From positions 160,001-224,000 of the forward strand of contig CAVSHR010000008.1 in the NCBI GenBank assembly GCA_963727625.1: 64,000 bases of DNA, written 5' to 3'. The DNA is from an uncultured delta proteobacterium. GTDB taxonomy: Bacteria; Desulfobacterota; Binatia; UBA9968. The notes beneath the pieces were generated by a model that worked only from the letters and a program-made list of their open reading frames with translations, made no database searches and was not told where the DNA came from. This document shows positions 10,119 through 17,681 of the stretch, piece after piece. Each line of letters begins with the position of its first letter. Position 1 is the stretch's first letter. A program made the translations under genes and the position numbers.

Positions 10119-10778
10119 CTAAGCAAACTCAGCCAGTCGCTGTCTAAGCGTGGTCACGGCGCGGTGCAAGTGCACCTTGACCGTGCCTTCGGCGGTCTCC
10201 ATCAATTCGGCGATCTCTTTGATCGACAGTCCCTGGTGATTTTTCAGTACGAAGGCGGTGCGCTGTTTCGCCGGCAGCTGCACCAACGCTTCGCCTACCC
10301 GCTTGGATATTTGCCGGGCCAAAACTTGCTGGTCGGGCAAAGGGGGCTTTTCACTTTGGTGTGATGGTTCCACTTGGTTCTCGACGGTCTCGTCGAACGG
10401 GTCCGCCGGGGCGCGTTTCTGACGGCGTTTATAATCGAGACAGAGGTTGACCAAAATGCGGTAGAACCAAGTATAAAAACTCGACCGGCCGTCAAAAGTT
10501 TTGAGATTGACGAAGGCTTTCAGAAACGCCTCCTGGGACAGATCCTTGGCATCCTCGCGGTCGCGGGTAAAATCGAAAGCGATGTGGTAGGCCTTTCGTT
10601 CATGGCGCTTCACCAGTTCCTCAAAAGCGCGGCGATCGCCTTGCCGCGCCGATGACACCAGCTCCTCATCCCCAGGGTTCACAAACGGACTCCAATCTAT
10701 CGCTGTTGCATCGCCGCAGAGGCCAAGAAGGAGCCGGCGGCGAGCACGGTTGGCCTCTACCGAGGCAGTGGGAGTCAC
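10119..10778 (-). CDS. ECF RNA polymerase sigma factor (RpoE/SigW-like)
   Basis: GDRRAFEELV, DAKDLSQEAF, SSFYTWFYRI, LSIKEIAE..EGTVKVHLHRA; RBS AAGGGAG before GTG. Confidence 0.93.
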   Translation of the reverse strand: MTPTASVEANRARRRLLLGLCGDATAIDWSPFVNPGDEELVSSARQGDRRAFEELVKRHERKAYHIAFDFTRDREDAKDLSQEAFLKAFVNLKTFDGRSSFYTWFYRILVNLCLDYKRRQKRAPADPFDETVENQVEPSHQSEKPPLPDQQVLARQISKRVGEALVQLPAKQRTAFVLKNHQGLSIKEIAELMETAEGTVKVHLHRAVTTLRQRLAEFA

Positions 10779-10791
10779 GCCTGCTCCCTTG

Positions 10792-10962
10792 TCAGTTCTT
10801 TAGCGCGTCTTTAGCTAAACGGCCAAACTTCCGATGATCGTGTTGCGGCCCATGCGCCTTGGCGGGAGTGATCTTATCTTCTTCCGCGCCGACCGCGTCG
10901 CCGGCAAACACCATTGGGGCCGCGGCCAAGCCTGCCGTCATGATCGCTAAACCCATTATCAT
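10792..10962 (-). CDS. Small (56 aa) putative secreted protein at the head of the ECF operon
   Basis: RBS GAGGG before ATG 10962; signal-like N-terminus MIMGLAIMTAGLAAAPMVFA; lies between the ECF promoter and the sigma gene. Confidence 0.55.
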   Translation of the reverse strand: MIMGLAIMTAGLAAAPMVFAGDAVGAEEDKITPAKAHGPQHDHRKFGRLAKDALKN

Positions 10963-11008
10963 ATTTGTACCCTCGTTCTGAATCGCCGGTCTTACCGGTT
11001 TGAAACGA

Positions 11009-11038
11009 TTAGACGCTTCGGCTCCCAGGAGGTTTACA
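11009..11038 (-). promoter_or_regulatory. ECF-type autoregulatory promoter
   Basis: Minus strand reads TGTAAAC-N16-CGTCTAA, matching the AAC/CGT pattern of SigW/SigM-like ECF promoters. Confidence 0.7.
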
Positions 11039-12066
11039 AGATCGGCATAGGCTGATTTTTTGTCCCGGTACAGTTCTTCCGCCAACCTGAAAAGTTCCGC
11101 GATCTTACCAACTTAAGCTTGTTCCGCCGTCGTGGCGGCAAGTTTGGCCAAGAGCCAATGGTCCTACCATCAGCGCTGTGGGGAACTGGCAAGCCGCCGC
11201 CACTCGGTTATCAAAGCGCTTTGGCATCTTGTACCAATGCGAATGAGGCAGGTTCGTTTGCCCCGCTGGCTGGGTGTTGCGGGAGGCTTACGGTATTTTT
11301 TTCTTCCGCTCCATTCCATGCCCACGCTGCCACTGCCGCGGCTGCTCGGATCACCTATAGGTGCAGCCAGGGGTCTTCCCTCCCCCTCGCACTTGCAGAA
11401 TCATTCGCACCCGAGCCGGTTGCGCAATCGGTTTGTACTTTTCAATCTTTCTGAGCGTCCCAATAGGCTGATCGCAACTTCATGTCTCAAATCCTGTTGT
11501 ATTCAGAATCACTGATCTTGAACAGTCGGTGTTGGTCAGCGGCTGCGAGCGCTAAAATGATCGATCGTCGCCAGTCCAGAGGTGCAGTGTCTGTCCAGTG
11601 CCATACGCGGCCTCGCAAAAAAATCGCAGTCCGCGCGAACTCGGCATGGTTAGGGACCTTAGGGTCGCTGGCCACTCCCGAATTACAGAGCGCAATGCGA
11701 TTCATCTACGGAGATGCGATAGGAAAATTACAACGATCATTAAATTTCCTGCCGTGATTACTTTGCTGGCTGGCAACGGCTAAGACTTTGCCCAAGGATC
11801 AGAGTCTGTTCGCCAAGTGATTCGCGACCAATCAGTGACCGCCGCGCGTCATTTGCTCGGGCTACGCTACCGTCGGGGCGGCATGACCGAACATTACGGC
11901 ATGGAGGTCCGTAATCCCACAAAAGCCCGCGGCAAGATTGGCCCTCTTTGGGGTCGAAATCGGTGCCTCGTTGTATGAGCTTGGGCTCCGGCTTGTCTAT
12001 GAACGCCTGGCTGCATCGACACGAAAGCATAAAGTCGGGGGCTAAGTTCGGCCACAAGCAAGTGAA

Positions 12067-12095
12067 TTGACAAGCAGGAATGGCTTCGGTACCTT
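12067..12095 (+). promoter_or_regulatory. Sigma70 promoter of the metal uptake operon
   Basis: TTGACA-N17-TACCTT, which implies the leader ORF starts at ATG 12109 or 12118 rather than TTG 12067. Confidence 0.65.
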
Positions 12096-12108
12096 CGTGA
12101 TCAAGTCA

Positions 12109-12399
12109 ATGTTTTCAATGGAACAAGACAGCGGTCGCCGGCTGATTGGCGCAATCCTATTAGCCTTCTTGGTTTTTCTACCGCTACACCATCACGCTTT
12201 TACGCCAACGACACAGGTCGCGAAAGAATGCGCATGCGTTCACGGGACGCGTACGCAGATGTTTTTACATGCCGATCTACCGACGGTCGCGCCGATTTTT
12301 CTTGTCACAGCTTTTGCCACACAATATGTATTTTTTTGGGCCGGCAACTGGTCCACTCAAAAAAAGGTCCGCGGTCCCCCCACTGCTCTTTCCGTTTAG
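12109..12399 (+). CDS. Putative metal-sensing ribosome-arrest leader peptide (DUF2946/CruR/CutF-like)
   Basis: Hydrophobic signal/anchor RRLIGAILLAFLVFLPL, HHH, ECACVH, about 44-aa spacer, then C-terminal RGPP. Confidence 0.75.
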   Translation: MFSMEQDSGRRLIGAILLAFLVFLPLHHHAFTPTTQVAKECACVHGTRTQMFLHADLPTVAPIFLVTAFATQYVFFWAGNWSTQKKVRGPPTALSV

Positions 12400-12426
12400 C
12401 TCGATCAACTATCCCAGCTAGTTTTT

Positions 12427-12465
12427 CGTCCTCTTTAGAGCCATTCGCGCGCTAAAGAGGGGACG
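12427..12465 (+). promoter_or_regulatory. Stem-loop between the leader peptide and the first operon gene
   Basis: CGTCCTCTTTAG ... CTAAAGAGG(GG)ACG inverted repeat; no U-tract. Confidence 0.6.
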
Positions 12466-12492
12466 TCATTTGTCTTGGAGGGGGGGCATTTT

Positions 12493-13776
12493 ATGGTGTT
12501 ATCCTTGTTACGGATGCCCGTGTTGAGCGCATCCGCTTTTGTCAGTTTTTTATTGCTTGTTCCGGTGCTGTGTTTCGCTCAAAGCTCTGAGATCGAGGCG
12601 TTGCGTTCGGTCGTTGACGGATTACAGCAGCAACTGCAAAAGGCCTTGCAGCGAATCGATCAACTGGAAAAAGAAAAGTCGGTTACGGCGGAGAAGATCG
12701 ATCGAGTGCAATCTGCGACTTCGACAGGGGTGGGAAATGTCGAAAAATCCGTACAGTCGCTAAAAGCTGCGCCGGCAGCTTTGAACCCGAGCATCGGAAT
12801 GGTGCTGGATGCCAATGTTTCGCAGAAGTCGGCAGAGGGAGGTAATTTCAATTTTCGCAGTGCGGAGATCGGACTTTCCGCATCCGTCGACCCGTTTGCT
12901 AGGGTGTACGGGTTTATCAACGGTACTTCGGACGGTGTGGAAGTGGACGAAGCGGCCGCGATTACAACTTCGCTGCCGTGGAACCTAACCGCGAAAGGGG
13001 GTCGATTCCTGGCCGATTTCGGGCGCTTCCCCAAGGTTCATGAACATGAACTGCCGTTCGTGAACGAGCCGCTGTCAGTGGAAAGAATGATCGGCGGGGA
13101 AACCCAGGCGGACGGGGTGGAGATGAATTACCTCTTTCCAACGCCATTTTTTTTGAGAGCGACAATCGGCGGATATAACAAGATAGGAGAGGGAAACGAT
13201 AGGGTAGACAACACAAATTTACGGTCGTGGAGTCGTTTCACCTACCTCGCCCGGCTCAATACTTATTTTGATATCACCGACAATCACAGTATCGAGTTAG
13301 GCACTAGCCATGCTTACACGCCTTCGCTGCGTCTTCCTGGCGATAGGTTTGGCGGAAATCGGATTCTCAGCGGCATAGATTTGACTTATCGCTATCAGCC
13401 GTTGGACAGCGTCGTGTACCAGGGATTAACTGTAGGCTCGGAATTTTTTCGCAACAGCGAGCGGATCGGGTTCGACGACGGTTCCAAACGGCGCCAATCC
13501 TACGGCGGCTATAGCTATGCCGAATTGAAGCTGAACAAGAATTGGTCTACGGGTTTTCTCTTCGATTATGCTCCTAGCATCGAAAGCCCCGGCAAGAAAA
13601 CCATCGGCTACTCGCCGTTTCTCACTTGGAATATGAGTGAATTCAATCGCTTGCGTTTGCAGTTCACACACATGGACGACCGCGTTCGTGAAGACAAGGC
13701 TGATCGCGGGAATCAGGTGTTTCTCCAATGGACCACGGTTATTGGAGCGCATACCCACGGCTTTCTTGGCCGCTGA
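12493..13776 (+). CDS. Outer-membrane beta-barrel protein of the type linked to Zn/metal ABC operons
   Basis: Signal peptide, N-terminal coiled coil, VHEHELPFV motif, alternating beta strands, SEFNRLRLQF, His-containing C-terminus GAHTHGF; RBS GGAGG. Confidence 0.75.
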   Translation: MVLSLLRMPVLSASAFVSFLLLVPVLCFAQSSEIEALRSVVDGLQQQLQKALQRIDQLEKEKSVTAEKIDRVQSATSTGVGNVEKSVQSLKAAPAALNPSIGMVLDANVSQKSAEGGNFNFRSAEIGLSASVDPFARVYGFINGTSDGVEVDEAAAITTSLPWNLTAKGGRFLADFGRFPKVHEHELPFVNEPLSVERMIGGETQADGVEMNYLFPTPFFLRATIGGYNKIGEGNDRVDNTNLRSWSRFTYLARLNTYFDITDNHSIELGTSHAYTPSLRLPGDRFGGNRILSGIDLTYRYQPLDSVVYQGLTVGSEFFRNSERIGFDDGSKRRQSYGGYSYAELKLNKNWSTGFLFDYAPSIESPGKKTIGYSPFLTWNMSEFNRLRLQFTHMDDRVREDKADRGNQVFLQWTTVIGAHTHGFLGR

Positions 13777-13800
13777 GGATTTTCGGAAGGAGGTCTAGTT

Positions 13801-14730
13801 ATGAATAGCAGACTGTTGAGCCATAAAAACTGGAACATAATTTTGGCTGCTTTGTCTATTCTCGTCTTACAATCAGGTGCGGTTTTTGCGCAACAGATTC
13901 GAGTCGTGGCCACTTTTCCCGATCTCGCCGATATTACTCGGCAGATCGGCAAAGACTTGGTCAACGTGGATAGTCTCGCAAAAGGGGTCGAGGATCCGCA
14001 CGGCGTGCCCATGAAGCCGAGCTTTGTTCCTCGACTCAACCGTGCCGACGTGCTGGTTCTCACGGGCTTGGATGACGAGCATTCTTGGCTGCCGGCGCTT
14101 CTGGAAGTGGCCGCTAATCCCAAAATTCTTCTTGGCCGGCCGGGATATATAGACTGCTCAGCGGGTGTGCCGATACTTGAGGCGCCCGCATTGTTGGACC
14201 GATCGGAAGGTGATCTTCACCCAAAGGGAAATCCCCACTACTTGTTGGATCCTAATAACGCAAAAATTGCGGCACGGAACATCGCCGCCGGCCTTTCGCG
14301 AAACTTTCCTCAGCATCAGCAGGTTTTTGATAAAAATCTCAAAGCTTACCTCACGGAGCTCGACGGTTGGATCGTTCGCTGGGCGAAAATCGCGGCGCCG
14401 TTGCGTGGCGTCAAGTACGTCGAATACCATCCAGAGTGGGTTTATTTCGCCAATCGCTTTGGACTGAAACGGATCGGCAGCGTCGAGCTAAAGCCAGGCA
14501 TTGAGCCGACGCCGAACCATCTGGTTCAACTTGCTCGGCAGATCAAGCAGGAAAAGGCTCAAGTGTTGATTTACGGCGCGCAAAATCCGCGCATCCCCCA
14601 ACAGATGCATGGCGAAACCGGCATTAAAGTCCTGCGCCTTTACACCAGCGCGGGCGGCCGCCCGGAGACTGATAGTTACATCAAGTGGATCGATTATACC
14701 GTGCGCAGCTTAGTTCAAGCGGTGAGTTGA
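13801..14730 (+). CDS. Metal ABC transporter substrate-binding protein (ZnuA/TroA cluster A-I)
   Basis: VVATFPDLADI, EDPH, GNPHYLLDP, YHPEWVYF, KPGIEPT. Confidence 0.92.
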   Translation: MNSRLLSHKNWNIILAALSILVLQSGAVFAQQIRVVATFPDLADITRQIGKDLVNVDSLAKGVEDPHGVPMKPSFVPRLNRADVLVLTGLDDEHSWLPALLEVAANPKILLGRPGYIDCSAGVPILEAPALLDRSEGDLHPKGNPHYLLDPNNAKIAARNIAAGLSRNFPQHQQVFDKNLKAYLTELDGWIVRWAKIAAPLRGVKYVEYHPEWVYFANRFGLKRIGSVELKPGIEPTPNHLVQLARQIKQEKAQVLIYGAQNPRIPQQMHGETGIKVLRLYTSAGGRPETDSYIKWIDYTVRSLVQAVS

Positions 14731-14734
14731 GTTC

Positions 14735-15463
14735 ATGAAGAAAGCAACGGATACCGATGCGGTCCTAGCCACCAGAGGCGCGGCTCTGGGCGTCGACCTC
14801 GTGCCGCTGGTCTCACTCCAAAACGTCAGCCTGGGATACGGTTCGACTCGGGTCTTGATCAATGTCGACTTAACCGTCTATCCCGGAAACCTCGTTGGCT
14901 TGGCGGGGCCTAACGGTTCCGGCAAAACGACTCTTTTCAGGACGATTCTCGGCTTCTTGCCGGTGCTGGGCGGAACGCTTTCGCGCGGATGCTCGCTGGC
15001 CAATTTCGGGTACGTGCCGCAGAGCACGGCGCTCGACCCGCAGTTTCCACTGAGCGTCGGTGAAATCGTCGAAATGGGCGCCTATGGCCGTGTTGGTCCT
15101 TGGCGCCTTTTTCCGGCACATGAAACGAAACGAGCCGCGCAGGCATTGGAGCACGTGGGCATGGGGCATGTTCAAAAGAAATCCTTTTTTGCGCTCTCCG
15201 GCGGCCAAAAGCAACGCGTCCTAATCGCACGCGCGTTGATGGTCGACCCGAAAATCATGGTTCTCGATGAGCCACTTTCGGGAGTCGACGAGGAATCGCG
15301 GCGCAGCATCACCGAGCTGCTGATCGAGTTGGTTCGTGCGAGCGGTCTCGCGGTATTCTTTTCCAGCCATGATTTGGAAATGGTGCAGCGGGTGGCCGAC
15401 AAAATAGTTCGCGTCGATAGTGGGAGGGTTTTGGTCGAGGAAAGGCGGTCGCATTCGTCATGA
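14735..15463 (+). CDS. Metal ABC transporter ATP-binding protein (ZnuC-like)
   Basis: GPNGSGKTT, GYVPQ..FPLSV, LSGGQKQRVLIARAL, LDEP, SHD. Confidence 0.92.
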   Translation: MKKATDTDAVLATRGAALGVDLVPLVSLQNVSLGYGSTRVLINVDLTVYPGNLVGLAGPNGSGKTTLFRTILGFLPVLGGTLSRGCSLANFGYVPQSTALDPQFPLSVGEIVEMGAYGRVGPWRLFPAHETKRAAQALEHVGMGHVQKKSFFALSGGQKQRVLIARALMVDPKIMVLDEPLSGVDEESRRSITELLIELVRASGLAVFFSSHDLEMVQRVADKIVRVDSGRVLVEERRSHSS

Positions 15464-16908
15464 ATAGTTTTCTGGAAATCATGAGTCCTTCCTACCTGCT
15501 CTTCCCCGCGCTAGTCGGCACGCTGATCATGGGGGTCGTCTGCCCGCTTATCGGATCTTTTCTAGTGTTGCGCAGAACGATTTTTCTAGGCTTGACGCTC
15601 CCCGAAATCGCCGCCGCAGGGGTGTCGTGCACCTTTTGGTTGCAGCAAGTCGGAGTCTTGCCACAGCTCGCACAGGGCGAGCGAGGCATTGGCATGATCG
15701 GCTCTCTAGTGTTTACTTTCCTGGGGATGGGCTTATTGGGTTATCTGGAGCAGCGCGGTAAGGGACTGGCCGAAGCCCGGCTCGCGGCCGCCTATGCGTT
15801 TGCCGGAGCTTTGACCATTTTGTTCATGGTGTTCAATCCGGCCGGTCAGATTGAAGTGCTCAACCTCCTCAAGGGTGAGGTCATCGCCTTGACGCGTGGC
15901 GAGCTCAAGCTCGTAGTTGCGCTGTTCGGCGCAGTCGGCGTTGCCATGCTGGCGTTCCGCCGCGAATTTCTTTTGACCTCGTTCGATCGCGACCTGGCTT
16001 TTCTGCTCAAGGGGCGGCAGATTGTCTGGGATATATTGCTCTATCTGCTCGCCGGCTTGATCATAGCGATCGGCGTGATCATGGCGGGACCGTTGTTGAT
16101 TTTTGGTTTTCTAGTGTTGCCAGCGCTCGCGGCCAAACCGCTGGCCAAACGCATGAGTACCTACCTGCTGCTTTCTTCCTTGCTCGGATTCGCGATGGCG
16201 TTTATGGGTTTCTACAGTTCGGTGCGCCTGGATCTTCCCCTGGGTCCGAGCGACGTGGCCCTGGGCTGCTGCTTGATTTTTGGCGCCTATGGGTTAGGCA
16301 GGATAACAACCCGGAAAGCGGCCGCGTCAGTCGTGCTGATTGGCTTGGCTATGACATTGAGCGCTTGCGGCGCCCGCGTAGCCACAAGTCCGGTGCCGGA
16401 GGCCAAAGCCATTCATGCCGAGCAACTCTGGTTGGCCAAGGTGCGGAACAGCACCGCGCTGCCGTTGCTCTTGCCGACCGCCAATCCGCTCCGCTCGCTT
16501 GCCGAGATGGCCGGCAAGACTTCATCGAATTACCGGGAGAGCGTGATGGATTTGTTGCGTGAGAATTTGCAGGCTGAGCTCGTCTTGAAAGGCTTCGACA
16601 TTTCTCGTCCGGAGGACAAGGACGCGCGCTTCCCGCCGTTTCCCGCGGATAACCTAAGCGCCGCGCGCATGGCTCGCGAGGGAAAACTATCGGGGATGGT
16701 TTTCGTAAGCGAGATTTACCGGTGGGAGGGCGAAACGCAAAGGTTTGTTCGCGCCCTCGTGGATTTCAAACTTGTGCGCATCGATGACGGTGCGATCGTC
16801 TGGCAGCGACGGGTTCAGCGCGCTGTTCCAACGCCCAGCGCGACCAATCTCGCGCAGGCCTCGGCCGACGCTGTCAAAGCGATCATGCGGGACCTGTTTC
16901 CCAGCTGA
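15460..16908 (+). CDS. Metal ABC permease (ZnuB/ABC-3) fused to a C-terminal lipoprotein-like soluble domain
   Basis: First ~280 aa are ABC-3 permease (GSFLVLRR, SFDRDLA, DLPLGP); then LAMTLSAC lipobox and ~180 soluble residues. Confidence 0.8.
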   Translation: MNSFLEIMSPSYLLFPALVGTLIMGVVCPLIGSFLVLRRTIFLGLTLPEIAAAGVSCTFWLQQVGVLPQLAQGERGIGMIGSLVFTFLGMGLLGYLEQRGKGLAEARLAAAYAFAGALTILFMVFNPAGQIEVLNLLKGEVIALTRGELKLVVALFGAVGVAMLAFRREFLLTSFDRDLAFLLKGRQIVWDILLYLLAGLIIAIGVIMAGPLLIFGFLVLPALAAKPLAKRMSTYLLLSSLLGFAMAFMGFYSSVRLDLPLGPSDVALGCCLIFGAYGLGRITTRKAAASVVLIGLAMTLSACGARVATSPVPEAKAIHAEQLWLAKVRNSTALPLLLPTANPLRSLAEMAGKTSSNYRESVMDLLRENLQAELVLKGFDISRPEDKDARFPPFPADNLSAARMAREGKLSGMVFVSEIYRWEGETQRFVRALVDFKLVRIDDGAIVWQRRVQRAVPTPSATNLAQASADAVKAIMRDLFPS

Positions 16909-16921
16909 AAAGGCAAAAGCT

Positions 16922-17671
16922 ACGTCAACCATCTGGTCCTATAGCCTCGCCAGCGTCATCCTGGTAAGCCTGCTGTCACTCGTCGGCATCGCCTTTGTCT
17001 CGATCAGCGAGCGCCGACTGAATCAGCTCATTTTCGTGATGGTCGGTCTCGCCGTCGGCAGCCTGTTCGGCGATGCTTTTATCCACCTCCTGCCACGGTC
17101 CTTCGAGCAGTCGCCGAATCACTTGCGTGTCTCGCTGGCGATTCTCGCCGGGATTTTCGCATTTTTCGTCCTGGAAAAATTTCTCCTCTGGCGCCATGAG
17201 CACGTCCTGGAACCCGGCCACGCGGTCCATCCGGTCGGATACATGAACCTGGTCGCCGATGGGCTGCATAATTTTATCGACGGCGTGATTATCGGCGCTT
17301 CTTATCTTGTCAGCTATCAAACCGGCGTCGCTACGACGCTGGCGGTAATCTTTCACGAAATTCCCCACGAGCTCGGCAATTTCTTTGTCCTGCTGTACGC
17401 CGGATTTACAAAAACCAAGGCACTGTTTTTTAATTTCGTCTCGGCGCTGGCGGCGATCTTGGGCACGGTGATCGCGCTCGTCATCGGCTCTGAAATGCAG
17501 AACTTCGCGCAGATGATGCTACCCCTCGCGGCGGGCGGATTTATTTACATCGCCGGTTCCGATCTGGTTCCCGAGCTCAACAAAGAGGTGCGGCTGTCGA
17601 AATCGCTGGTGCAAATGGTTTCGATCGGCGCGGGCATCGGTTTGATGTTGTTGCTAGCGCTCGTGGAATGA
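16922..17671 (+). CDS. ZIP family divalent metal transporter; start uncertain (ACG 16922 proposed)
   Basis: GDAFIHLLP, HEH loop, DGLHNFIDG, HEIPHELG, GFIYIAGSDLVPEL. Confidence 0.9.
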   Translation, partial: TSTIWSYSLASVILVSLLSLVGIAFVSISERRLNQLIFVMVGLAVGSLFGDAFIHLLPRSFEQSPNHLRVSLAILAGIFAFFVLEKFLLWRHEHVLEPGHAVHPVGYMNLVADGLHNFIDGVIIGASYLVSYQTGVATTLAVIFHEIPHELGNFFVLLYAGFTKTKALFFNFVSALAAILGTVIALVIGSEMQNFAQMMLPLAAGGFIYIAGSDLVPELNKEVRLSKSLVQMVSIGAGIGLMLLLALVE

Positions 17672-17681
17672 AAGGAACTCC

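Noticed and set aside
12108-12126. Possible Zur box (TGTT..AACA) at the leader start
   Set aside because: Spacing and inner bases do not fit the TGTTATAnTATAACA pattern
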